A DNA stretch of 33,644 nucleotides, from NCBI GenBank assembly GCA_031361925.1, contig JANLRW010000191.1:1-33644 (forward strand), read 5' to 3'. Source of the stretch: Sphingomonadales bacterium (lineage in GTDB: Bacteria > Pseudomonadota > Alphaproteobacteria > Sphingomonadales > Sphingomonadaceae). Below the pieces are notes generated by a model. It was not told where the DNA came from, searched no databases, and worked only from the letters and a program-made list of their open reading frames with translations. Both the position numbers and the translations under genes were made by a program. Each line of letters begins with the position of its first letter. Within the stretch, counting starts at the first letter, position 1. Below, in pieces: positions 1 to 9,039 of this stretch.

Positions 1-380
1 CCGGTAACGAGCAAAACGACCTTCATTTTATGCGCAATGGCTTGCTCCAGCGCACCATCCAGTCGCCCGTAAGCGCGCGACAGATTGGCGTCGTGCAGGT
101 CGATACTGACATCCGGGATGATCGCGCCCTTGTCGATGCGGCGGTCCCAATGGCTGTCGAGATTATGGGGTATTTTGGGTTGCTGGTTCGTTGCCGCCGC
201 TTGCCGCAGAGGCTGCGTTTTCGCTAGCGGCAAAATTGATTGCGCTGGAACACGAACGGGCTTGAGCGGTGCCGGCGGAGCTTTCGCTTCAACCTTCGGC
301 TTTGCTTTATGCAGCGGCTCTACCGTCGCAATCACACGGCTCCAAAGCGCCTTTTCCGTTTCCCCCAGCCGCCGTGCCAT
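1..380 (-). CDS. Smr (small MutS-related) domain protein, 3' end runs off the window
   Basis: Not in the ORF track. Hand translation from ATG 380: MARRLGETEKALWSRVIATVEPL...LDSHWDRRIDKGAIIPDVSIDLHDANLSRAYGRLDGALEQAIAHKMKVVLLVTG. DLH and VLLVTG are Smr motifs, and smr typically follows mltA in Alphaproteobacteria. Confidence 0.88.
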   Translation of the reverse strand, partial: MARRLGETEKALWSRVIATVEPLHKAKPKVEAKAPPAPLKPVRVPAQSILPLAKTQPLRQAAATNQQPKIPHNLDSHWDRRIDKGAIIPDVSIDLHDANLSRAYGRLDGALEQAIAHKMKVVLLVT

Positions 381-389
381 CGCTATGGC

Positions 390-1616
390 CTAAAGGCCGA
401 GCCGCGCGACCGACGCTTTCGGAAGGAAAATCAACGCCGACCCGCGCGCCGCCATGCCGCCTGCAATTGCCCGCGCCCGGTCGCCTGCACCCCAGAAGGT
501 ATCAACGCGGTTTGCGCCCTTGATTGCGCCTCCGGTGTCTTGCGCAATCCAGATGCCGTTCGGCTCGGCGCGGTCCATCGACAACCACAACGGCGCACCG
601 AGCGGGACGAACCTGATATCGACCGCCGCACTGGCCTCGCCGACAACGGGATAGCCCATTGCACCGAGCGGTCCAGCACCGGTCAATTCGCGGAAGAACA
701 CAAAGCTCTTGTTCTCGTTCATGATTTTGCGGCCTTCCTCGGGGTTGGCACGCAAAAACGCCACGATGCCCTGCATCGACCCGTCGGTAATGAGGCCGCG
801 GTCCTTCATCAGCTTGCCGATGCCGGTATAGCCCCGCCCGTTCTGGCTGTCATAACCGATCCGCATCACCCCGCCGCCGGGCAGTTTCAGCCGACCCGAT
901 CCCTGAATTTGCAGGAAGAAAAATTCGACGACATCGTTCGCATAAGCGATTTCGAGGCCGCGTCCAGCGAGCGATCCGCCGTCGATGGCCGCCCGGTCAT
1001 CATATTGCACGAACTTGCTGCCGGTGACCTTTCCGCGAATGTTCTTGCCCTTCAGGTCATCGGAAAATAGCCCGAGATCCACATCGATCAGATCGGACGG
1101 ACGCTTGTAAATCGGCACTTCGCATCCGGGTTGGCGGGTACGGCAGCCAGCGATTTCGGGTTCATAATAACCAGTGGCAAATGCCTTGCCGTCGCCGACC
1201 TGCACCGCATCCATGTGCATGGCAAAGAATGACACCGCGTCGCCGGTCCATGTCTTGACCGCATCACACGCTGGTTGCCAATCGGCCCCTTGCGTCAAGC
1301 CGCTGGTGTCATTGCGTTTGACCAAGCCAGGGCAGCTGGTACGGAACGAGGCCATTGCCAGTCCGGCGCGGCGCGCATCCACCTTGAGCGAACCGATCTC
1401 CGGCCCGCGCACTGCTCCGAGCGAAGCGGCAGTGGTGCCGTCGCCAGTCGCGGTCGCCGCAGGCAGCGGTGCTTCAGCGGTCGAGGGGATCGGCTTTGCC
1501 GCGCGTTCCCCTACCGGAGCAGAGGCCGGTGCTGGCCCACCATTGGGGATGACGCCACCTGAACAAGCGGACAGCAATGAGGCGGCGAAAGCGAGTGACA
1601 GAAGCGTATGTTTCAT
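390..1616 (-). CDS. mltA: Membrane-bound lytic murein transglycosylase A (lipoprotein)
   Basis: TGYYEP, FFLQIQGSG, N-x-SFVFF and QDTGGAIKGANRVDTFWG (3D domain) motifs. Lipobox LSAC. Start moved to ATG 1616 (MKHTLL), which has AGGAG upstream. Confidence 0.95.
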   Translation of the reverse strand: MKHTLLSLAFAASLLSACSGGVIPNGGPAPASAPVGERAAKPIPSTAEAPLPAATATGDGTTAASLGAVRGPEIGSLKVDARRAGLAMASFRTSCPGLVKRNDTSGLTQGADWQPACDAVKTWTGDAVSFFAMHMDAVQVGDGKAFATGYYEPEIAGCRTRQPGCEVPIYKRPSDLIDVDLGLFSDDLKGKNIRGKVTGSKFVQYDDRAAIDGGSLAGRGLEIAYANDVVEFFFLQIQGSGRLKLPGGGVMRIGYDSQNGRGYTGIGKLMKDRGLITDGSMQGIVAFLRANPEEGRKIMNENKSFVFFRELTGAGPLGAMGYPVVGEASAAVDIRFVPLGAPLWLSMDRAEPNGIWIAQDTGGAIKGANRVDTFWGAGDRARAIAGGMAARGSALIFLPKASVARLGL

Positions 1617-1629
1617 CGCTCCTGCTGAA

Positions 1630-2301
1630 TCAGACGTCGTCGGTTTCGTCAAGCTTCCAGTTGCGATCACCGCTCTTCACGTCGCGCATAAATGTCCAGA
1701 TGTCATGGCTTTCAACCGCGTCAGTCATCGAACCGCCGATGACATTGCCCTCGGCATCTTTGACCATCGAGGCAATGTCGGCATCAAAACGCATCGTGAC
1801 GCGCGCCACCGGATGGTCGAAGCTGGCATCGACAATGCGCGCTTCTTCTATCCGCACCAGTCGGTTTTCAAGCACTTCGCCCTTGGCCGCGCGCGCATCC
1901 ATCGCTTCAACGAAACTGTCATACACATCATCATCGCACAAAAACCGCAGCGCTTCCTTGTCGCCCTTCCAATAGGCTTCAAGCACCAGCTTATAGGCGG
2001 ACTTGGCACCTTCAACGAACAGTCCTGCGTCGAACTGACGGTCGGCATTCACAATCGAACGAAGCCCGCTTTGTGCAGCCAGATCAATCGCCGACATATC
2101 GCCCTGCGGCAATGCGGGCGAAGAATCGCCTCCACCCATTGGCTGACGGATCAGCGGCGGGGTGCCTTCGAGTGGCTGACGCGCGACTGGCTCTTGTTCA
2201 TGGCCGGTGCGTTTGCCGAGCACCGAATAGAGGCGCAGGCCCAGAAATGCCGCAACCAAAGCCAGCAAGATAATGGTAAAAGTCACAACGCCTCCGCTCA
2301 A
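1630..2301 (-). CDS. Tim44/TimA family membrane adaptor protein
   Basis: N-terminal TM then LRLYSVLGKRTGHEQ, F..GAKSAY, DIWTF.R...NWKL. Divergent from secB as is typical. Real start may be GTG 2286. Confidence 0.9.
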   Translation of the reverse strand: MSGGVVTFTIILLALVAAFLGLRLYSVLGKRTGHEQEPVARQPLEGTPPLIRQPMGGGDSSPALPQGDMSAIDLAAQSGLRSIVNADRQFDAGLFVEGAKSAYKLVLEAYWKGDKEALRFLCDDDVYDSFVEAMDARAAKGEVLENRLVRIEEARIVDASFDHPVARVTMRFDADIASMVKDAEGNVIGGSMTDAVESHDIWTFMRDVKSGDRNWKLDETDDV

Positions 2302-2357
2302 TCAGCGTGACAGAAAGCCGCTACGGAGAATGTCCGTTCCAGCTCTGCCCAAAGCCC

Positions 2358-2386
2358 ATATAAGCATGTCATATCATAGTTTCAAA
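2358..2386 (-). promoter_or_regulatory. Putative RpoH (sigma32)-type promoter for tim44-mltA-smr
   Basis: Minus strand reads TTTGAA-N16-CTTATAT, close to the alphaproteobacterial RpoH consensus CTTGAA...CCTATAT. Confidence 0.5.
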
Positions 2387-2433
2387 TGGCTTTACCTAAA
2401 GAAATGCAGCGCCTGCCCCAGTTGCAACAATCA

Positions 2434-2462
2434 TTGCCCTTTAATCACGCCCCTGCTAGGCG
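2434..2462 (+). promoter_or_regulatory. Putative sigma70 promoter of secB
   Basis: TTGCCC-N17-TAGGCG with GC directly before the TA, in the alphaproteobacterial GCTA style. Confidence 0.4.
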
Positions 2463-2523
2463 CGGGCGCATGGAAGGGCGCTGGGGTAGCGCAGCCCAAA
2501 ATAACAGGAAAGCACCGCGACAC

Positions 2524-3033
2524 ATGGCCGAAGAAGAAGGCAATATCGTTTCAGAAACAATCAAAGCCAATGGCGAGGACACCGCACCCGCAGTCGGCAT
2601 GTTAAGTCAGTATATCAAAGATTTATCTGTTGAAAACCCGCAGGCGCCGCTGAGCTTTAGCTGGGACGCGCAGCCGCAGATCGACGTTCAGGTCAATATC
2701 CAGGTCAATGCTGTCAGCGACGAAGTCCATGAGGTAACGCTGAAACTTGCCGTCAAGGCGGAGAGCGACAATGGTGTGCATTTCAGCGTCGAATTGGATT
2801 ACGGCACATTGTTCGGTCTGCGTAACGTTTCGCAGGAACAAGCGCATCCGTTCCTGTTCGGCGAAGCACCGCGCCTGATGTTCCCGTTTGCAAGGCGGGT
2901 TGTCGCCGATGCTGTGCGCGATGCTGGTTATCCGCCGCTAGTGCTTGAACCGATCGACTTCAACTCGCTGTATATGCAGCAAATTTCGCAGGCGCAGACT
3001 TTGGCCGAAGAACAGCCTGCGGGTGAAGCGTAA
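2524..3033 (+). CDS. secB: Protein-export chaperone SecB
   Basis: QYIKDLSVENP and PRLMFPFARRVVAD...GYPPLVLEPIDF. Start set at ATG 2524 (MAEEEG). Confidence 0.96.
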   Translation: MAEEEGNIVSETIKANGEDTAPAVGMLSQYIKDLSVENPQAPLSFSWDAQPQIDVQVNIQVNAVSDEVHEVTLKLAVKAESDNGVHFSVELDYGTLFGLRNVSQEQAHPFLFGEAPRLMFPFARRVVADAVRDAGYPPLVLEPIDFNSLYMQQISQAQTLAEEQPAGEA

Positions 3034-3051
3034 TCGCGGCATAACAGGGCG

Positions 3052-4641
3052 ATGAGCCTGCTTAAGCACACATCGACCATTGCCGGTTTCACATTGCTGA
3101 GCCGGTTGTTCGGATTTGTCCGCGACATCCTGTTGGCGCGGGTGCTGGGTGCCGGGCTGGCAGGCGATGCCTATCAATTGGCGTTTACGCTGCCCAACAC
3201 CTTCCGCCGTCTGTTTGCCGAAGGGGCGTTCTCGGTCGCTTTTGTCCCGATGTATTCGCGCAAATTGGCAGGTGCTGGCGGGGAAGCCGATGCAGCGCAG
3301 TTCGCTGACGACGTGATTTCGGTGTTTATCTGGATATTGCTGGGCTTTTCAGCGTTGGCGATGATCGCAATGCCAGTGATTGTCTACGGCCTTGCTGGCG
3401 AATATCAGTCTGTTCCCGGCAAGTTTGAACTGTCTGTGTTCTTAAGCCGTGTCACCTTTCCCTATCTATTTTTTATTAGCTTGGTCGCGATGCTATCGGG
3501 GCTGTTGAACGCACGGTCGCGCTTTGCACCCGGGGCAATTGCGCCGGTGCTGTTCAACATCACACTGATCAGCGGGATTATCGCTGGCTATTACTGGCGC
3601 GCGAACAGCGGCGATGACCGATTCGTGGTTTATGCGCTGAGCGCTGCAGTTTCGCTGTCGGGGCTGGTCCAGCTTATTTATCTATGGTGGGCGGTGAAGC
3701 GCGCAGGGCTGAAACTACATATCAAACGCCCGAAATTAACACCAGAAGTCAAGCAATTGGGCATGATCATCCTGCCCGCAACCTTTGGTGCCGGGATCTA
3801 CCAGATCAGCCAGTTTGTCGACACATTTTTTGCGACATCATTGCCTCAGGGGTCGTTGACGTTGCTGAAAATGGCTGACCGGTTGAACCAAATGCCACTT
3901 GGTATTGTGGGCATCGCGCTCGGCACGGCGATACTACCGATGCTCGCCCGCCATATTCAAAGCGGTGATGCCGACAAGGCGCAGTGGTTGCAATCAGAAG
4001 CATTTGAAACCGCGACCCTTTTGACGCTACCCGCCGCTGCCGCGCTGGCAATTTGCGCACCTGCATTTACCAGCGCGTTCTTCGTTGGGGGCAAATTCAC
4101 ATCTGCGGACGGCATGATGATGTCGTATATTACGATGGCGTTGGTCGCTGGCCTGCCATCCTATGTGGTGGTAAAAATCCTCAGTCCCGGATTTTTCGCG
4201 CGCGGTGATACCAAAACGCCGGTTTATACGGCGTTGGCCTCGTTAATCTTCAACATCATCCTCAATGTGTTCGTGGTGCGCAAATATGGCATCATTGGCT
4301 TGGCAGCAGCAACCGCCTGTTCGGCAACGCTCAACTGCTTGTTGCTGTACATCATGCTACACCGGCGCGGCTGGTTCATGTTCACGGCGAGTCTGGGGAA
4401 CCGGATTTTTCGGCAACTGATTGCCGCTGGAATGATGTCGGCGTTACTGGCGTGGTTCATGACCTGGATGACACCCTATTTTTCGGGCAGTATTTTTGAA
4501 CGGCTGTGGTCGCTAGCCTTGCTTGTTGGTGGCGGCATGGCAACCTATTTCATCGCTGGCTATCTTGTCGGCGCGCTCGACCGGGACCGCATCAATCGCT
4601 TGCTTCGCCGCCGTTCGCCAGTAGTTCCGGAGGTATTATAA
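3052..4641 (+). CDS. murJ: Lipid II flippase MurJ (MviN)
   Basis: TLLSRLFGFVRD, PNTFRRLFAEGAFS..FVP, ADRLNQMPLG, FFARGDTKTP; many TM segments. Confidence 0.97.
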   Translation: MSLLKHTSTIAGFTLLSRLFGFVRDILLARVLGAGLAGDAYQLAFTLPNTFRRLFAEGAFSVAFVPMYSRKLAGAGGEADAAQFADDVISVFIWILLGFSALAMIAMPVIVYGLAGEYQSVPGKFELSVFLSRVTFPYLFFISLVAMLSGLLNARSRFAPGAIAPVLFNITLISGIIAGYYWRANSGDDRFVVYALSAAVSLSGLVQLIYLWWAVKRAGLKLHIKRPKLTPEVKQLGMIILPATFGAGIYQISQFVDTFFATSLPQGSLTLLKMADRLNQMPLGIVGIALGTAILPMLARHIQSGDADKAQWLQSEAFETATLLTLPAAAALAICAPAFTSAFFVGGKFTSADGMMMSYITMALVAGLPSYVVVKILSPGFFARGDTKTPVYTALASLIFNIILNVFVVRKYGIIGLAAATACSATLNCLLLYIMLHRRGWFMFTASLGNRIFRQLIAAGMMSALLAWFMTWMTPYFSGSIFERLWSLALLVGGGMATYFIAGYLVGALDRDRINRLLRRRSPVVPEVL

Positions 4642-5640
4642 ATGCGTGTGGTATCCGGCATCCAGCCAACCGGCAACTTGCACCTCGGCAACTATCTGGG
4701 TGCCATCCGCAACTGGGTGACAATGCAGGACGAGATGGAATGCCTCTATTTTCTTGCCGACTTGCACGCGCTGTCGATGCCGCACAATCCAGCCGAGCTG
4801 ACCGCCAATACGCGCGAAATGGCAGCAGCGCTCATCGCTTGCGGGCTTGATATCAACAAGTCCATTCTGTTCAATCAGGCGCAGGTGCCAGCCCATGCTG
4901 AGCTGCAATGGTTGCTGACCGGAACCGCGCGGATGGGCTGGCTGAACCGGATGACGCAGTTCAAGGACAAATCGGGCAAAAACCGCGAAGGTGCCAGCAT
5001 CGCGTTGTTCACTTACCCGGTACTGCAAGCCGCCGATGTCCTGCTTTATCAGGCAACGCATGTGCCTGTCGGTGAAGACCAGAAACAGCATCTCGAACTC
5101 GCCCGCGACATCGCACAGAAATTCAACAATGATTTCGGGAATGGAGCCGACATCTTCACGCTGCCAGACCCGATCATCCCCAAGGCCACCGCGCGGATCA
5201 TGTCGTTGCGCGATGGCACCGCGAAGATGTCGAAATCGGACCCCAGCGATATGAGCCGGATCAACCTCGTTGATGACGCCGATACGATCTTGAGCAAGAT
5301 CAAGAAGGCAAAAACCGACCCCGAGCCGCTCCCGTCAGAAGCCGCCGGTCTTGAAGGCCGCGCGGAGGCGTTGAACTTGGTAGGTATCTACGCCGCCTTT
5401 GCCGAAGAAACTGTCGATGCGACACTCGCGCGTTTTGGCGGGCAAGGCTTTGGCGCGTTCAAGCCAGCTTTGGCCGAGCTGGTCATCGAAAATTTCCGTC
5501 CGATATCCGAACGTTTCAATGCTTTGAAGGACGACCATGAACAGATCGACGCGGCACTCGCCAAAGGTGCAGCGAAAGCGCGTGAACTCGGCACGCCGAC
5601 TTTGAAGGCGGCTTATGCTGCGTTAGGCCTTTTGCGCTGA
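4642..5640 (+). CDS. trpS: Tryptophan--tRNA ligase
   Basis: [17 protein letters not shown] (HIGH variant), [23 protein letters not shown]. Confidence 0.98.
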   Translation: MRVVSGIQPTGNLHLGNYLGAIRNWVTMQDEMECLYFLADLHALSMPHNPAELTANTREMAAALIACGLDINKSILFNQAQVPAHAELQWLLTGTARMGWLNRMTQFKDKSGKNREGASIALFTYPVLQAADVLLYQATHVPVGEDQKQHLELARDIAQKFNNDFGNGADIFTLPDPIIPKATARIMSLRDGTAKMSKSDPSDMSRINLVDDADTILSKIKKAKTDPEPLPSEAAGLEGRAEALNLVGIYAAFAEETVDATLARFGGQGFGAFKPALAELVIENFRPISERFNALKDDHEQIDAALAKGAAKARELGTPTLKAAYAALGLLR

Positions 5641-6993
5641 TTTACGTTGCCGCCACGCCAGCACCCTCACCAACCGCCGGTGTAGTTCGGGCCCGACTGG
5701 ATAAAGCGATATCGTGAGCGCCGCAGCTGTTGCCAAACAAGCCGGCCCAGCGATCATTACAAGCCGCATCCCCTCAATGGTGGCAGCACTCTGCACTTGG
5801 TTGGCGCGGTAGCCGATATGTTCAAGCACTTCGCCAAGCCCGGCGGCTGCCAGCCCCAACGACGCTTTTTGGATGAGCGAGACGATGCCGAATATTCCGC
5901 CTTCGGACCGGATGCCGCTGCGCCATTCGCCGTATTCAACGGTGTCGGGCATCATCGCCCAAAACCCGAAATAGGCCGCGCCGCCGCCAAAACCCAGCAC
6001 AGCCAATGTGGCCATGATCGCTGCTGGGTCATTGGGCATGAACCATAACAGGATATAGCCGACAACGCCCACAAACGTGCCCGACATCCACGCCACGCGC
6101 TTTGACCAGCGTTTCATGACCCATGTCCAGAACGGGATCGACACCATCACTGAAAGCGCGCCTGCGCCCAACGCCGGTCCGATCAAATCTTCGCGGCCAA
6201 GGGCATATTTGAAATAATAAGGCAGCGTTTTGTTCGCCAGCGTCCCGCCGACGCCGCCCAGCAGCATCGCCGCACATACGATCCAGAATGCGTGGTTGCG
6301 CCTAAGCATATGCAGCGTTTGCGATATGGTGACATGTTGCGCCTTGGGCGGTGCCGCTGATTCGCGCACGGTCGCAAAGGCAAACAGGAAAATCAGCGAT
6401 GCCAGCGCACCATAAATCACCGCGACCCAGAAAAACCCCGCGCGCCCTCCGCCGAGTATATCCACAAATTTCAGGGTGAAAAATGCCGATAACAGCGCGC
6501 AGCTGGCGGCTGCGATCATCCGGTATCCGGCAAGGACACCGCGTTCTTCGCTGTTGCTCGTCATCACCGCCGACAGCGCGAGATACGGCATCGACACAAC
6601 CGCATATAATGTGCGGAACAGGACATGGGTTGATGCGGCGAACAATACCAACGCCGAACCCTCTAACGACACCGGCAAAAACACCAAGGCCCAAGACAGC
6701 GCTAACGGCACGCCGCCGAACAGCAAATAGGGCCGGTAACTGCCCCACCGCGTCCGGGTGCGGCTGGCGAGATAGCCCATCACCGGGTCGAAGATCGCAT
6801 CCCAGATTAATGCCCCGGCGAACACCCAGCCAGCCGTCGACGGCGACAGGCCAAGCACATCGGTATAATAAAACAGCAAATACAGACTGGCAGTGGTGAA
6901 AAACAGGTTGAACCCAAAATCGCCCGCGCCATAACCAAAGCGCGTACGAAAACTCAGTCTGTCATCCATCGGGGCCGCCTTTGTCTGCGTCAT
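5623..6993 (-). CDS. MFS transporter, glycoside-pentoside-hexuronide (GPH/MelB-like) family
   Basis: [54 protein letters not shown]; about 12 TM. Start ATG 6993 or 6969. Overlaps the trpS 3' end by 18 bp. Confidence 0.92.
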   Translation of the reverse strand: MTQTKAAPMDDRLSFRTRFGYGAGDFGFNLFFTTASLYLLFYYTDVLGLSPSTAGWVFAGALIWDAIFDPVMGYLASRTRTRWGSYRPYLLFGGVPLALSWALVFLPVSLEGSALVLFAASTHVLFRTLYAVVSMPYLALSAVMTSNSEERGVLAGYRMIAAASCALLSAFFTLKFVDILGGGRAGFFWVAVIYGALASLIFLFAFATVRESAAPPKAQHVTISQTLHMLRRNHAFWIVCAAMLLGGVGGTLANKTLPYYFKYALGREDLIGPALGAGALSVMVSIPFWTWVMKRWSKRVAWMSGTFVGVVGYILLWFMPNDPAAIMATLAVLGFGGGAAYFGFWAMMPDTVEYGEWRSGIRSEGGIFGIVSLIQKASLGLAAAGLGEVLEHIGYRANQVQSAATIEGMRLVMIAGPACLATAAALTISLYPVGPELHRRLVRVLAWRQRKSAQKA

Positions 6994-7138
6994 ATTTTTC
7001 GCGTCTGACCTGCATAGAATTAAATATGCTAAATCCAACCGATAACGCCGTCGGTGGCTACCGATTATTCAACGCACATTCAGACAATTGCTGCTATGCT
7101 TTCAAAACAAACTGCGTGACCGGAGTGAAAGAAATATC

Positions 7139-7813
7139 ATGACCACACTCGTTTCGACATTTCGCAAAGCTGCGCTGTGCATGGCGCCTTTATCGCTGCT
7201 GACGTTGGCCGCTTGCGCCACTTCGTTCAAAGCCGACGTGTCGCGCTTTCAGGAATTGCCGGCACCACAAGGCCAAAGCTTTGTCGTCAAGGCCGCTGAC
7301 CCTGCTGATGCGGGGGGCATCGAATTTGGTCAATATGCTGCGCTGATTGCCAGTGAGATGGCCGAGCTTGGCTATGTGCCAGCGCAAGGTGGGTCGGCCG
7401 ATATGACCGTATTGCTCGATTATGATGTCGATAGCGGCAAGGAGCGGACAATCGTTCGGCAAGACCCGTTCTACGACCCTTATTGGGGCTTTGGCGGGGT
7501 ATATCGTCCTTATATCGTGCGGACGCGGCGTGGGCGTCGTTACATTTCGGGCTATTATGATCCATTTCTCTACAGCGGTTTTAACCGGCCCTATGATGTC
7601 GACAGCTTTACCGTCTACACCAGCGGGCTGGATCTGAAGATTGACCGCAATGCCGATGGCAAGCGGCTGTTTGAGGGCAAGGCAGAGGCAAAATCACGCT
7701 CGAACAAGTTAGCCTATCTCGTGCCCAATCTGGTCGAGGCGATGTTCACCGGCTTCCCCGGCAACAGCGGCGAGACCGTCCGGATTTCGGTCGCACCCGA
7801 AGAGAAAAAATAG
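7139..7813 (+). CDS. DUF4136-like lipoprotein
   Basis: Lipobox LAAC, ADVSRF, Gly/Tyr-rich middle loop, LFEGKA..., LVEAMFTGFPG. Start ATG 7139. Confidence 0.8.
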   Translation: MTTLVSTFRKAALCMAPLSLLTLAACATSFKADVSRFQELPAPQGQSFVVKAADPADAGGIEFGQYAALIASEMAELGYVPAQGGSADMTVLLDYDVDSGKERTIVRQDPFYDPYWGFGGVYRPYIVRTRRGRRYISGYYDPFLYSGFNRPYDVDSFTVYTSGLDLKIDRNADGKRLFEGKAEAKSRSNKLAYLVPNLVEAMFTGFPGNSGETVRISVAPEEKK

Positions 7814-7831
7814 CCTCTTGGGGATCAGGCC

Positions 7832-8974
7832 CTAAACCCCGCAGCTCAGTTCGGACTTTCCAAATGCCGTGCCTTCACCGCGTGTGCCGCTGATCCCGGC
7901 GTAGAGCTCGGTCGACGGAAAACTGCCATCACGGCCAAGGCGGAAGCCCTTGGCGCGGAAGGCCTCAATCACCTTTGCCGCCGGGTCGGCGAAATAGACC
8001 GATTGCGATTCATAATGTTGGGCAATTGCGGTGATCGTCAGCCCTTCATAGCTGCGTTGCAGCCGCTCATAGGTGCTACGTCCCTCAATCGCGCCCATCG
8101 CCTTGTCACGCGCTTCGTCGCTTGGAAATTCCTTGGCCTCAAGTGCCGCCCATTGCGCGCGAAGTTTGGCGCCCATTTTCTCGAACTGCGCGTCGATTTC
8201 GCCGCCAAAGCGGCAATTGGCAGGATTGAAGCTGACCATAATCGGCTTGCCGCCCATTCGCGCAATGATCGCGGCACCCTCTGCGATATAGCCAACGCCG
8301 CCTTTTTTGAGCTTGATTTCGATATAATCATTGGCGGTTAGCCCGGCGAGCGTCAGCTTGGTGCCAGCGCTAGCCCGGTCAATGAGGGTGCTGCTGCTAT
8401 CGGGCTGTGACCAGATGTCGACCGCGACATCGGTGCTCCAGATTTTGTCGCCGAGCATTTTGGTCAGCACCGGTGGTTCGGTTTCCGAGAGATTGACCGC
8501 CGCGACAAAGCCCTTGCCCTCGGCGAGTTCAAGCCATTCTGTGATGCCGTCAGCGCCGAGCTTCAACACCCCCGACAGCGCGCTGCCGCGCGGCATTTTG
8601 CCGATGATGTTACTGTCCACCGTCGTTGCCTTGTCGCGAATGTTAGCCTCGGTCATCGTGAACCGCTGCACCGCTGCCACAGGTACTGCGGCGGCGGTTG
8701 TCGCCTGCGTTGCGGGTTCGTCACCGCCGAGATCGTCGCGGACAAACAGGAGGAAATAGAGCAAGGCCAATAACAGCACGATCGCAGCACCAGCGCCGAT
8801 CCAAACCCAGTTCAGTCCCTGTTTTACCGGTTCATTTGTGATCACAGGATTGGGTGCCACTGCCACTTCCAAGACCGGTTCGGGCTGCGCGCGTTGCATG
8901 GCATTGCCGCATTTGGCGCAGAACAGGGCATCAGGAGTGTTCGCCGTGCCGCAAGATGTGCAGAATTTGACCAT
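7832..8974 (-). CDS. Zinc-ribbon, single-TM, tandem SH3b-like domain membrane protein
   Basis: FCTSCG..FCAKCG at the N-terminus, hydrophobic WVWIGAGAAIVLLLALLYFLLFV, and two SH3b-like repeats (ANIRDKA..WLEL..GKGFV; VDIWSQP..YIEI..GVGYI). Confidence 0.75.
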   Translation of the reverse strand: MVKFCTSCGTANTPDALFCAKCGNAMQRAQPEPVLEVAVAPNPVITNEPVKQGLNWVWIGAGAAIVLLLALLYFLLFVRDDLGGDEPATQATTAAAVPVAAVQRFTMTEANIRDKATTVDSNIIGKMPRGSALSGVLKLGADGITEWLELAEGKGFVAAVNLSETEPPVLTKMLGDKIWSTDVAVDIWSQPDSSSTLIDRASAGTKLTLAGLTANDYIEIKLKKGGVGYIAEGAAIIARMGGKPIMVSFNPANCRFGGEIDAQFEKMGAKLRAQWAALEAKEFPSDEARDKAMGAIEGRSTYERLQRSYEGLTITAIAQHYESQSVYFADPAAKVIEAFRAKGFRLGRDGSFPSTELYAGISGTRGEGTAFGKSELSCGV

Positions 8975-9039
8975 TGTCGTCGCTCCGAATCCCTGATTGC
9001 GGTGAATAGGGCGGCGCGGCGTATATTAAAAGCGGAAGA

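Noticed and set aside
240-2310. Plus-strand ORFs 240..1070 and 1174..2310
   Set aside because: Antisense to smr, mltA and tim44, with no protein family signal.
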